Below are positions 17,585 to 26,059 of a DNA stretch of 36,552 nucleotides, one piece after another. Under the pieces are notes generated by a model, which made no database searches, was not told the DNA's origin, and worked only from the letters and a program-made list of their open reading frames with translations. Numbering within the stretch: the first letter of the stretch is position 1; each line of letters opens with the position of its first letter. The translations under genes were made by a program, and so were the position numbers. The stretch is from Chloroflexota bacterium (GTDB taxonomy: Bacteria > Chloroflexota > UBA6077 > JACQUR01), in contig JACQUR010000066.1 in the NCBI GenBank assembly GCA_016210245.1, positions 1 through 36,552 on the forward strand, read 5' to 3'.

Positions 17585-19024
17585 CTAGAATCTCCCCGCT
17601 CCCACGGGCACCGGTGCGGCGGGGAGCGGCTCGGCGAGCTCGTGCTCCGAGTCGTCGATCGCCGGCTCCGGCTCGTCGATCGCCGCCGCCAGCGCTGCCT
17701 CGAAGGCGCGCGGCACGGTCGACTCCGTCCGCGGGGTGGGCTTGATGGCTCCCTGGCCCGCGGCCAGGAACTCGATCTTGCCGACCAGGTTGTCCACCAC
17801 CCGCTCCCACACGAAGCCGCGCGCCGTGCGGCGCGCGGCCCGTCCAATGCGCGCCCGCATCGCTGGGTGCTCCTTCAAGGAGCGCACGTGCCAGGAGGCC
17901 TCCTCGGGGTCCTCCGTCTCCAGGACGATCGCGTTCTCCAGGTGGGCCACGTAGTCCTCCCCGGTGGCGCCGGTGAAGGCCACTCCGCCCGAAGCCATCG
18001 TTTCCAGGGCGACCAGGCCGAAGGGCTCGCGGCCCGAGTTGGCCAGCACCACGTCGGAGGCAGAGTAGAGCAAGCGCAGGAACTCCAGGGGGATGAAGGA
18101 CTTGACGTTCAGTACGTCGGCCGGCCCGGCCTCGCTGAAGGCGCGAACGTAGCCGGCCACGGATTGCTCGGGCACGCTGACGTCCTTGACCACCAGGCCC
18201 AGGCTGCGGGCATGGTGGAGCACCTCGCCCTCGTGGGGCTCCACCCCGCCGCGGGCGACCAGCACGGTTTCTTGCCCGCGCTCCTTGAGCCGAGCCACCG
18301 TCTCCACGGCCATCAGCCAGCGCTTGTCTGGATCCCAGCGGCCCACCTTGCTGAGCACGACCGGCTTCTGGACGCTGCGGCGCAGCCAGTTGGCTGCCCG
18401 ATGGTCTACCGGGCGCAGCAGCCGCCTGGGGATGCCATTGGGAATGACCAGGGGATTGATCCCGTAGTCCCACATGATGTGCTTCATGTAGCGGCTCACG
18501 GTGGTGATGGTGCTGACGAAGCCCAGCCGGCCCCAGTTGACGCGGTCGAAGCCCATGGTGTTGTTGGCATTCCACAACAGGACCGCCCGATCGCGCAGCC
18601 CAGCGCCCCAAAGAGTATCGCTGATCCGGCACATGGCTTCGGCCGTGTGCCACTCCTCTCCCATGACCACCACCACGTGGCCAGCCTCGATCGCCGGACG
18701 GGCCAGTCGTTCGACTACGAACCAGGGCAACGACTCGTTGAAGTCGTAGAGCTTCTCCTCCTCGCCCTGGTAGACCCCGCCCGGGTAGTACTTGCTGATC
18801 CACTGGCACCAGCGGTGGAGGACCAGCCGCTCCCCGCACCGCTCCTCGAGTCCGCGCGCGTGCGGGTCGCCCACGAAGAGCAAGTGGGTGCGATAGCCGT
18901 CCTCCGCCAGGGTGCGCGACAGCTCTGCGATGCGCATGCCCAGCCCACCCGCCATCGAGTAGCGGTCTGGCCCCTCGAATGAGAGGAGGATGAAGGTTGT
19001 GTTGGCCGGGCCGATAGCTCCCAT
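17585..19024 (-). CDS. GT4-family (GT-B, group 1) glycosyltransferase
   Basis: ILLSFEGPDRYSMAGGLG at the N-terminus. The E-x7-E region is EPFGLVALETMASGGV. Confidence 0.85.
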   Translation of the reverse strand: MGAIGPANTTFILLSFEGPDRYSMAGGLGMRIAELSRTLAEDGYRTHLLFVGDPHARGLEERCGERLVLHRWCQWISKYYPGGVYQGEEEKLYDFNESLPWFVVERLARPAIEAGHVVVVMGEEWHTAEAMCRISDTLWGAGLRDRAVLLWNANNTMGFDRVNWGRLGFVSTITTVSRYMKHIMWDYGINPLVIPNGIPRRLLRPVDHRAANWLRRSVQKPVVLSKVGRWDPDKRWLMAVETVARLKERGQETVLVARGGVEPHEGEVLHHARSLGLVVKDVSVPEQSVAGYVRAFSEAGPADVLNVKSFIPLEFLRLLYSASDVVLANSGREPFGLVALETMASGGVAFTGATGEDYVAHLENAIVLETEDPEEASWHVRSLKEHPAMRARIGRAARRTARGFVWERVVDNLVGKIEFLAAGQGAIKPTPRTESTVPRAFEAALAAAIDEPEPAIDDSEHELAEPLPAAPVPVGAGRF

Positions 19025-19373
19025 CGTGCGTCTCCCTGGTGCTACACCGAGTCCAGCGTCCCGAGTCCACAGTCCCAGGTCGAGTGCAACCGCCCTCTGG
19101 ACTCCGGACTTCCGACGTTGGACCTGGTTGAGGTGTGCCTGTTTGCCACACCCCTGGGCGGTGCCCGGACGAGTGGGATCGTGGGATGGGCCAGGCTACG
19201 CACCAGCCCAAGTCGAGTCATGGGCGCCGTCGACCCGGGGCCGTTCCTGCTACACCAGGGCGCGGACACCGAGTGGTTTCAGGGGGGCAACTCACAGCCT
19301 AACAGCCAGGGGGTTAAAAACGCATAACGTTTGGGGGGGAAGAGATAGCAAAAGCATAACAGTCGAAGGCGAA

Positions 19374-19433
19374 GGGTGGGAGGTGGGAGGTTGAAGGCTG
19401 GAGCTCCAACCTTCAACCTCCCACCTCCCACCC
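19374..19433. repeat. 60-bp palindrome containing GGTGGGA heptamers. Probable terminator of the lipoprotein gene.
   Basis: gggtgggaggtgggaggttgaagg and ccttcaacctcccacctcccaccc are exact reverse complements (24 bp). The centre is ctggagctccaa. It starts 8 nt past the stop at 19441. Confidence 0.9.
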
Positions 19434-19440
19434 GGGCTGT

Positions 19441-20637
19441 TCAGCTCGCCTCGCGCGCCTGGCGCAGCAGGGTGCGGGCGCGCTCCAGCTTGGTGGCGTC
19501 GCCGGCGGCGACCTCCTGCACCGCCCCAACGGCCTGGCGCAAGAGCTGGGCGCCGGGCGAGGTTTCGCCGGCCAGGGCCTGCTCGGCCTGGGCGATCTCC
19601 TTGTCCAGGTCTTTGCGCCGCCGGGCCAACTCGTCCGGGCTGTTGCCCGGGTTGGCCGCGAGATCGCGCAGCCCGGCCAACTGGTTGTCCAGGTTCTGGG
19701 CCACGACGCCCAGGTCGGCCTTCGGCTTCGCGGCTGGCGTCGCCTGCGCGCCGGCCACCTCCTGCCCGGACACCTCGCTCAGCAGCCGCGCGGCGTCGCG
19801 GAACTTGGGCTGGTCGCCGTTGAGCGCGGCCCTGACCGCGCCGCTCGCCGCTCGAAGCTTCTCCGCCTGCGGCGACGAGTCGCCCTCCAGGCTCAGGTCC
19901 GCCTGCGCCACCGCGTCCAGCAACTGGCTCTGCAGGCTCAAGATCCGACCCGGGTCGCGCTGCGCCAGCGCCTCCTGGAAGGCGGCCAGGTCCTTGCTCA
20001 GCTTCTGGGCGAAGCGCTCCAGGTCCACAATCGGCTCGACCGAGGGCGTGGCCGCCGGGCCGGGCGTGCCGCTGGCCGTTGGGGCTGGGCCGACGGCCTC
20101 GCGTAGCGTCTTCTGGGCCGATTCGAGCTTGGGCAGGTCGCCGCTCAGGCCGCCGCGCACGTCGGCCACGGCACCGGCCAGCACCTTCGCCTTGGGCGAG
20201 TTATCGCCCTTGAGGCCGGCCTCGGTGCGGTCCAGGGCCTCGCGCAGCCCCTGTTGGGCCCGCACCAGGTCGGACGAGTTGCGGCGCCGCAGCGCCAGCA
20301 TCAGCTCGTCCAGGTGCTTGCTCAGCTCGGTGCCCTCGTGCTGGGCGCGTTGGCTCAAGGCCGGCACGGGCGTGGCCACCGGGGCGAGCGTGGGCGCGGG
20401 CGTGCGCTGGGCGGCGAGCGCGCCCGGCGAGGGCGTCGCCTGGGGAAGGGCGGCTGGGCTGGGGCTGCCCTCGGCAGGCTCCGGCGTGATCGGGCGGAAG
20501 AGCGCGGGCGCCGGTTGCGGCGTGGGCGGAGCCGCCTCGGTCGGCTCCGCCTGGGGCGTTGGCTCGCTTGCTGGCGCCCCGCAGGCGGCAAGCAGCGGGA
20601 GCATGGCGAGCACCACCAGGGGCCGTAGCATACGCAT
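19441..20637 (-). CDS. Lipoprotein with Ala-rich helical repeats
   Basis: Signal plus lipobox MRMLRPLVVLAMLPLLAAC. There are at least three repeats of L-x-GD-x-SP-x-A-x-x-L-x-x-A-V-x-x-V-x-x-x-L-x-GD. Confidence 0.8.
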   Translation of the reverse strand: MRMLRPLVVLAMLPLLAACGAPASEPTPQAEPTEAAPPTPQPAPALFRPITPEPAEGSPSPAALPQATPSPGALAAQRTPAPTLAPVATPVPALSQRAQHEGTELSKHLDELMLALRRRNSSDLVRAQQGLREALDRTEAGLKGDNSPKAKVLAGAVADVRGGLSGDLPKLESAQKTLREAVGPAPTASGTPGPAATPSVEPIVDLERFAQKLSKDLAAFQEALAQRDPGRILSLQSQLLDAVAQADLSLEGDSSPQAEKLRAASGAVRAALNGDQPKFRDAARLLSEVSGQEVAGAQATPAAKPKADLGVVAQNLDNQLAGLRDLAANPGNSPDELARRRKDLDKEIAQAEQALAGETSPGAQLLRQAVGAVQEVAAGDATKLERARTLLRQAREAS

Positions 20638-20814
20638 GGTTCAACCCTCACAGCGAGTTGCCAGGGATGGTTGGGCTGCACCGGCCGCCAGGCCGCACGC
20701 GGCCCACTCCCTCGCGCAGGTCTCCATCGAAGCCCTGCACGCAGCAGCTTCTACCCTCAGGCTACGGCGGCGGAATTAACGGGCCCCTTGCGATGACATT
20801 AATGGGAGATTAAG

Positions 20815-21840
20815 GTGGCGGCGGTCGGCTGCTCCTACCGCCACGCGCCTCTATTTGCTAAAATCCTCTCTGTGAGAGAGCCCAGGCTGGCGCGAGATGG
20901 TGTTCTGCGCCCCTCTGGAATCATCGATACCCTCTCGGCCGGCTACGGCATCGTCAATCGGCGGATCTGGATCCTCCTCATCCCGATCCTCCTGGACCTG
21001 TTTCTCTGGCTCGGGCCGCAGGTATCTGTGTCGCCGCTGGTGGGGCAGGCGCTGACCCGCTGGGGGGCGCCCGCCAGCCTCACGCTCGAGCAGGTCCAGG
21101 CGATCGACGAGGCGCGGCGCAGCGTCATGAGTGCGGCGGATGAGTTCAACCTCCTGTCGCTGCTGTCGTCCGGCCTGGTCGGGGTGCCGAGCCTGGTGGT
21201 CGTGATTGGCGGGCAGGGACCATTCCAGCTCATCGACAACTGGAGCATGGCCCTCGGGGTAGCGCTGGGGGCCGCACTGCTTGGACTGGCGTCAGGCTGC
21301 ACGTACTACGTCCTGCTCGCGCAGCAGGTGCGCGGCAGCGTTGGCGGCGCCACCCTCCCGTGGCGCGCGCTCGGCCACCTGTGGCCGGCCTGGCGGCGGG
21401 TGATGGGCCTGCTGCTGGTCCTGGCCGGGCTGGGCGTCCTGCTGGGGTTGCCGCTTGCCTTCGTGCTGGCCGGCGCGGCGCTGGTGAGCCCGGTGCTGGC
21501 CAGCATCGGCCTGGCTTGCGTGCTGATGGCGCTGGTCTGGCTGCAGCTCTACCTGTTCTTTGCGCCAGGCGCCATCTTCGTCAGCCAGGTGGGGCCGCTG
21601 CAGGCGATCCGGGGGAGCGTGGCCGTGGTGCGCGCCCATTTCTGGCCGGCGGTGCTCTTGATCACGCTCATCTGGGTCATTCTCCTGGGCATGGCCCAGG
21701 TCTGGGTACGCCTGGCGACGAGCCCGGGCGGCACCCTGGTGGGCATCCTGGGCAATGCCTACATCGCCAGCGGCCTGGTAGCAGCGAACCTCGTCTTCTA
21801 CCAGGAGCGGATGGGGCGAAAAGAGAGTGCTGAGCGCTGA
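20815..21840 (+). CDS. Polytopic membrane protein of unknown function
   Basis: GTG at 20815 follows GGGAGA. It has several hydrophobic spans (IWILLIPILLDLFLWLG, LLVLAGLGVLLGLPLAFVLAGAALV...). Its last five codons and stop lie in the heptamer array. Confidence 0.7.
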   Translation: MAAVGCSYRHAPLFAKILSVREPRLARDGVLRPSGIIDTLSAGYGIVNRRIWILLIPILLDLFLWLGPQVSVSPLVGQALTRWGAPASLTLEQVQAIDEARRSVMSAADEFNLLSLLSSGLVGVPSLVVVIGGQGPFQLIDNWSMALGVALGAALLGLASGCTYYVLLAQQVRGSVGGATLPWRALGHLWPAWRRVMGLLLVLAGLGVLLGLPLAFVLAGAALVSPVLASIGLACVLMALVWLQLYLFFAPGAIFVSQVGPLQAIRGSVAVVRAHFWPAVLLITLIWVILLGMAQVWVRLATSPGGTLVGILGNAYIASGLVAANLVFYQERMGRKESAER

Positions 21841-21915
21841 GTGCTGAGTGCTGAGTGCCTGGGCGGACACGCAGGTCCGCCCCTACTCAGCACTCAGCAC
21901 TCAGCACTCAGCACT
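21826..21915. repeat. Inverted arrays of AGTGCTG heptamers flanking a GC-rich 8-bp stem (GGGCGGAC/GTCCGCCC)
   Basis: agtgctg agcgctg agtgctg agtgctg agtgcct, then gggcggac acgcag gtccgccc, then c tactcagc actcagc actcagc actcagc act. It ends one nt before the gyrB RBS GGAGGAAGG. Confidence 0.95.
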
Positions 21916-21927
21916 GGAGGAAGGCTG

Positions 21928-24900
21928 TTGACTGACCAAGTGGACGTTCTGGACACGCCTCTGGAGACATCGAGCTACACGGCTGCCTCTATCCAGGTGC
22001 TGGAAGGCCTGGAGGCGGTACGGCGGCGGCCTGGCATGTACATCGGCAGCACCGACGTGCGCGGGTTGCACCACCTGGTCTACGAGGTGGTGGATAACTC
22101 GGTGGACGAGGCGCTGGCCGGCTACTGCCGCCATATCACCGTGACCATCCACCCGGATGAGAGCGTGACCGTCGAGGACGATGGGCGCGGCATCCCGGTG
22201 GGGGTCCACCCGCAGCAGCAGCGCTCGGCGCTGGAGGTGGTCATGACCGTCCTCCACGCCGGCGGTAAGTTTGGCGGGGGGGGCTACAAGGTTTCCGGCG
22301 GCCTGCACGGCGTCGGCATCTCGGTGGTCAACGCCCTGTCCGAGAGGTGCCTGGTGGAGGTGCGCGCCTCCGATGTGCCCGGCGTGTGGGTCCAGGAGTT
22401 CCGCCGCGGGGCGCCGGTTGGCCCGGTCCAGCGTACCAGCGACCTCCAGGGCCCCACGGGCACCACCACCACCTTCCTGGCCGATCGACAGATCTTCGAT
22501 AGCCTGGACTACAACTTCGACGCTCTGGCCCAGCGCTTCCGCGAAACCGCCTACCTGACCAAGGGCCTGCGGATCAAGTTCGTCGACGAGCGGCACGAGC
22601 GCGACTACTCGTTTTACTTCGAGGGCGGGATCGTCTCGTTCGTGCGCCACCTGAATAAGACCCGCACGGTGCTGCAGCCGCAGCCGATGTACGTGGAGAA
22701 GCAGGTCAACGGCACGCTGGTGGAGGTGGCGCTCCAGTACAACGACGGTTACGCCGAGTCGGTCTTCTGCTTCGCCAACAACATCAACACGGTCGATGGC
22801 GGCACCCATCTGACCGGCTTCCGCTCCGCGCTGACCCGCACCCTGAACGACTACGCTCGCAAGGTCGGCCTGCTCAAGGAGAGCGACCCCAATCTGACGG
22901 GCGACGACGTGCGCGAGGGGCTGACCGCGATCATCAGCGTGAAGCTGCGCGAGCCCCAGTTCGAGGGCCAGACCAAGGGCAAGCTGGGCAACGCCGAGGT
23001 CAAGACCCACGTGGAGAGCGTGGTCGGCGAGGCGCTGGGCCAGTACCTGGAGGAGCACCCGAGCGAGGGGCGACGGATCATCGAGAAGTGTCTGACCGCC
23101 GCGCGCGCCCGCGAGGCCGCGCGCAAGGCCCGCGACCTGGTCATCCGCAAGAGCGCCCTGGAGGGCCTCACCCTGCCCGGCAAGCTGGCCGACTGCTCGG
23201 AGCGCAACCCGGAGCGGTGCGAGCTGTACATCGTGGAGGGGGATAGCGCCGGTGGCTGTTTGGCGGGAGAGACGCTCGTACCCCTGGCCTCCGGGCTGGT
23301 CAAGACGATGCAAGAACTGGCCGAGGACTGGGCGCGGGGCATTCAGCACTTTGGCTACGCCACCAACGAGGCCGGAGACATCCGCATCGTGCCCTTGATC
23401 GAGCCGCGCCTGACTAAGCGGCAGACGGCCCTGGTGGAAGTCCTGCTGGACACCGGCGAGCGCATTCGCTGCACCCCCGATCATCCCTTCCGTCTGCGGG
23501 ACGGGTCTTACCGAGCGGCCAGCGAGCTCCAGCCGGGCGAGAGCCTGATGCCGCTCAAGACCCGGCGAACGGGCGAGGACGAGCTGCCGGCGCGTGGCTA
23601 CGAGATGGTCTGGATGAACGGGCGGGCGGAATGGTGGCACACGCACCATCTTGCAGACCTCTACAACCTCCTCACCAGCGTGTACACGCGCAAGGCCGGC
23701 AATGTCCGGCATCACCAGGACTTCAACAAGCTCAACAACGATCCACGCAATCTTGTGCGGATGCCCTGGCGAGCGCATCAGCGTCTCCACGCCGAGCTTG
23801 CCGGCGAAATGAGCCGGCGTCTCTGGCAGGATCCGGGTTACCGCGCGCGCAGGATTCGACAACTGAGCGAGCAAGCTGTCCTGCAATGGCAAGACCCCGC
23901 CTATCGCCAGTACATGACCGAGCGGGTCAAGGTACAGCGTCAAGACGCGGTGCTCACGGAGAAGGTGCTGCAAGGCTTCCAGGATTGGTTCGCGTCACTG
24001 ACGCCACAGGAGTACGAGGCGTACTGCGAGCGCATGCGGGGCATGCAGACGGCTTACTGGGCGAGCTTCGACCATCGCCGAGCGCAGTCTGAGCGGACGC
24101 GACGCTTCTTTGAGGAGCATCCGGAAGCGCGAGCGCAGCGACGCGAGGCAGCGCTAACCCAGTGGGGGAACGCCGAGTTGCGCGCCTGGCGATCGGAGAA
24201 GACGCGCGAGCAGTGGCAAGAGGAGGCCTATCGTCGCCTGCATGCCACGCAGGTCAGCCAGTGGTGGCAGGAGCACCCAGAGCACCGCGAGAAGATTGCT
24301 GCTGCTCTCAGGCGCCGCTGGGCCGACGAGCATCAGCGGGAGCGCGCGTTGAACGCCCTGGCCGACTGGCGGGCCTCTACTTCCACCGGCGAGAAGAGTG
24401 AGCGGATCCGAGCAGGGCATGGGCTGAAGGCACTGCTGCTGCTCAATCGCGTGCTGAACTCCAAGGATGTAAGGCAAACTTACGAACAGGTTCGGCTGCA
24501 AGCGGCACCAACGGCTCTGGGCTACGACCGCCTCGCTCGGGACCACTTTGGTGGAGACGAGGCGAGGATGCTCGAGGCTGCGGCCAACGTGAACTGCAAG
24601 GTCGTCGCCGTCCGAGTGCTGGAGGACTCAGCCGACGTCTACGATCTCACGGTCGAGGGCTATCACAACTTCGCGCTGGCGAGCGGAGTGTTCGTACACA
24701 ACAGCGCCAAGCAGGCGCGCGACCGCCGCTTCCAGGCTATTCTGCCTATTCGGGGCAAGATCCTGAACGTGGAGCGGGCGCGCGAGGACAAGATGCTCTC
24801 CAACGAAGAGATCCGGTCCATGATCACCGCCCTGGGCGTGGGCATTGGCGAGCACTTCGACATCAGCAAGCTGCGCTACGGCCGCATCTTGCTGATGGCC

Positions 24901-25326
24901 GATGCTGATGTCGACGGAAGTCATATCCGCACGCTGTTGCTGACCTTCTTCTTCCGCCATATGGTGAAGGTCATCACGGATGGCCACCTCTACATCGCCC
25001 AGCCGCCGCTGTTCCGCGTGCAGAACGGCAAGGAGGTGCGTTACGCCTTCAGCGACCAGGAGCGCGACGCCATCTACGCCGAGTTCCGAAAGAAGAGCCG
25101 GGCGGCCGAGTTCCCCACCCAGCGCTACAAGGGTCTGGGCGAGATGAACCCCGAGCAGCTCTGGGAGACGACCATGAACCCGGACACGCGCACCGTGCTC
25201 AAGGTGGAGCTGGAGGACGCGCTCCAGGCGGACGAGGTGTTCGACATGCTCATGGGCGAGGCGGTGCTGCCGCGCAAGAAGTTCATCCAGGCCCACGCCA
25301 AGTTCGTGCGGAACCTGGACGTGTAG
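21928..25326 (+). CDS. gyrB: DNA gyrase subunit B, interrupted by an intein (650 aa after splicing)
   Basis: YTAASIQVLEGLEAVRRRPGMYIGS, HHLVYEVVDNSVDEA and the Toprim EGDSAGG / SAKQARDRRFQAILPIRGKILNVE. TTG at 21928 is 7 nt after GGAGG. The ORF-track start at 21841 lies inside the repeat hairpin. Confidence 0.9.
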   Translation: MTDQVDVLDTPLETSSYTAASIQVLEGLEAVRRRPGMYIGSTDVRGLHHLVYEVVDNSVDEALAGYCRHITVTIHPDESVTVEDDGRGIPVGVHPQQQRSALEVVMTVLHAGGKFGGGGYKVSGGLHGVGISVVNALSERCLVEVRASDVPGVWVQEFRRGAPVGPVQRTSDLQGPTGTTTTFLADRQIFDSLDYNFDALAQRFRETAYLTKGLRIKFVDERHERDYSFYFEGGIVSFVRHLNKTRTVLQPQPMYVEKQVNGTLVEVALQYNDGYAESVFCFANNINTVDGGTHLTGFRSALTRTLNDYARKVGLLKESDPNLTGDDVREGLTAIISVKLREPQFEGQTKGKLGNAEVKTHVESVVGEALGQYLEEHPSEGRRIIEKCLTAARAREAARKARDLVIRKSALEGLTLPGKLADCSERNPERCELYIVEGDSAGGCLAGETLVPLASGLVKTMQELAEDWARGIQHFGYATNEAGDIRIVPLIEPRLTKRQTALVEVLLDTGERIRCTPDHPFRLRDGSYRAASELQPGESLMPLKTRRTGEDELPARGYEMVWMNGRAEWWHTHHLADLYNLLTSVYTRKAGNVRHHQDFNKLNNDPRNLVRMPWRAHQRLHAELAGEMSRRLWQDPGYRARRIRQLSEQAVLQWQDPAYRQYMTERVKVQRQDAVLTEKVLQGFQDWFASLTPQEYEAYCERMRGMQTAYWASFDHRRAQSERTRRFFEEHPEARAQRREAALTQWGNAELRAWRSEKTREQWQEEAYRRLHATQVSQWWQEHPEHREKIAAALRRRWADEHQRERALNALADWRASTSTGEKSERIRAGHGLKALLLLNRVLNSKDVRQTYEQVRLQAAPTALGYDRLARDHFGGDEARMLEAAANVNCKVVAVRVLEDSADVYDLTVEGYHNFALASGVFVHNSAKQARDRRFQAILPIRGKILNVERAREDKMLSNEEIRSMITALGVGIGEHFDISKLRYGRILLMADADVDGSHIRTLLLTFFFRHMVKVITDGHLYIAQPPLFRVQNGKEVRYAFSDQERDAIYAEFRKKSRAAEFPTQRYKGLGEMNPEQLWETTMNPDTRTVLKVELEDALQADEVFDMLMGEAVLPRKKFIQAHAKFVRNLDV
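23257..24702 (+). mobile_element. GyrB intein (482 aa) with an HNH-type endonuclease module
   Basis: Begins with Cys (CLAGETLVPL) immediately after EGDSAGG. Block B is CTPDHPF. The HNH module is HHQDFNKLNNDPRNLVRMPWRAHQRLH. It ends VYDLTVEGYHNFALASGVFVHN, followed by the +1 Ser (SAKQ). Confidence 0.9.
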
Positions 25327-25535
25327 CAGGCTTCGATCGCCCCACAGACTACGAGTTCCTGCGAAACCGCGCCTGTGGGGTACCCGCCGCGTCATGCCTC
25401 GCTACGATCGCTCATGGTGGGCCTCCTCTCCGCACCATGCATTGCCTGCTGGACAAAGAGCAGCGGATAAGGCCGGGCGCGCCCAGGCGGACTTGGGCGT
25501 ATCCGCGGCTCAGATTGCGGAAGGGGAGGACGAGC

Positions 25536-25557
25536 AAAGCCCCCGGAGGGGGGCTTT
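25536..25557. terminator. Bidirectional intrinsic-terminator-like hairpin AAAGCCCCC-GGAG-GGGGGCTTT
   Basis: A 6-bp GC stem plus A/T extensions, with TTT on both strands. It lies 210 nt after the gyrB stop and 66 nt beyond the ancestral tRNA 3' end fragment. Confidence 0.55.
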
Positions 25558-25623
25558 CACAGCGGGGACAGGGGCCGTTTTCGGCGGTTTGACGCCAGAA
25601 AAGGAGGGACACGGTGGTAGCTT

Positions 25624-25667
25624 GGTAGCCCCGGGGCGACTCGAACGCCCGACAAACGGTTTAGGAA
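25624..25667 (-). repeat. attL: displaced 3' portion of tRNA-Arg (anticodon loop to CC), 44-bp direct repeat of 33445-33488
   Basis: ggtagccccggggcgactcgaacgcccgacaaacggtttaggaa is identical at both sites. Identity ends inside the anticodon loop. Confidence 0.9.
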
Positions 25668-25773
25668 TTCCCGCCTAGCCCTCCGTAGGCGTCCACAAAC
25701 GTCCGCATACCGCACCAAACCGCTCCGCTTCGTCCGCCCTTTTCCGCCCTTTTCCGCCCGAGTCTGCCCGTTT

Positions 25774-25794
25774 GGCTGTCAGATTGGCTGTCAG
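25774..25794 (+). repeat. Arm-type repeat pair GGCTGTCAG-N3-GGCTGTCAG (candidate integrase arm sites, left end)
   Basis: gtttggctgtcagattggctgtcag. A near-identical pair lies at 33336-33356 with the same orientation, the same 12-bp spacing and a similar distance (~100 bp) from the att core. Confidence 0.6.
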
Positions 25795-25848
25795 AATGTT
25801 GCGCTGGCGAAGGCTGGAACGTTGCACGCAGAAAGGGGCGGGCAGCCC

Positions 25849-26059
25849 GTGCGAGCCGCCCGCCCGTGGGCGTCCTGGCAAAACCAGCGAAATGATTTCG
25901 CTGGTTTTCGTGCGAGCCGCCCGCCCGTGGGCGTCCTCTCGGCGGTAACATCGTGTTACCACCGGGAGACGTGCGAGCCGCCCGCCCGTGGGCGTCCTGT
26001 CCTCAGAAAACGGCGAAATGATTTCGCTGTTGTGCGAGCCGCCCGCCCGTGGGCGTCCT
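25849..26059. CRISPR. CRISPR-format array: 4 identical 28-bp repeats and 3 spacers of 33 bp. Atypical, because every spacer is a hairpin palindrome. True nature unresolved.
   Basis: GTGCGAGCCGCCCGCCCGTGGGCGTCCT at 25849, 25910, 25971 and 26032, an exact 61-bp period. Spacers are at 25877-25909, 25938-25970 and 25999-26031. No cas gene is in the window. Confidence 0.5.

Noticed and set aside
19091-19117. The minus strand reads GGAAGTCCGGAGTCCAGAGGGCGG, reminiscent of the RNase P RNA CR-I motif GGAAAGUCCGGGCUCCAUAGGGCA.
   Set aside because: Only ~70 nt remain before the GT4 start codon at 19024, whereas RNase P RNA needs ~300 nt after CR-I. No CR-V-like ACAGAAxxCGGCUUA partner is visible. I treat this as a chance match within the 345-nt GT4 leader.
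25340-25380. CCCCACAG...CTGTGGGG 8-bp inverted repeat just after the gyrB stop, considered as the gyrB terminator.
   Set aside because: The 25-nt loop and the absence of a U-tract make it a weak candidate. The hairpin at 25536-25557 is more convincing.
25394-25678. Plus-strand 94-aa ORF and minus-strand 66-aa ORF in the gyrB-attL spacer.
   Set aside because: Both cross the tRNA-derived att fragment and the terminator hairpin, and they show no codon-bias signal. This spacer is better explained as the original tRNA-Arg downstream region.
25849-26059. Calling the array a straightforward orphan CRISPR locus.
   Set aside because: The geometry is perfect, but all three spacers are palindromic hairpins, two share a 17-nt core, there is no AT-rich leader and there are no cas genes in 36 kb. 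I therefore kept it as 'CRISPR-format, nature unresolved'.
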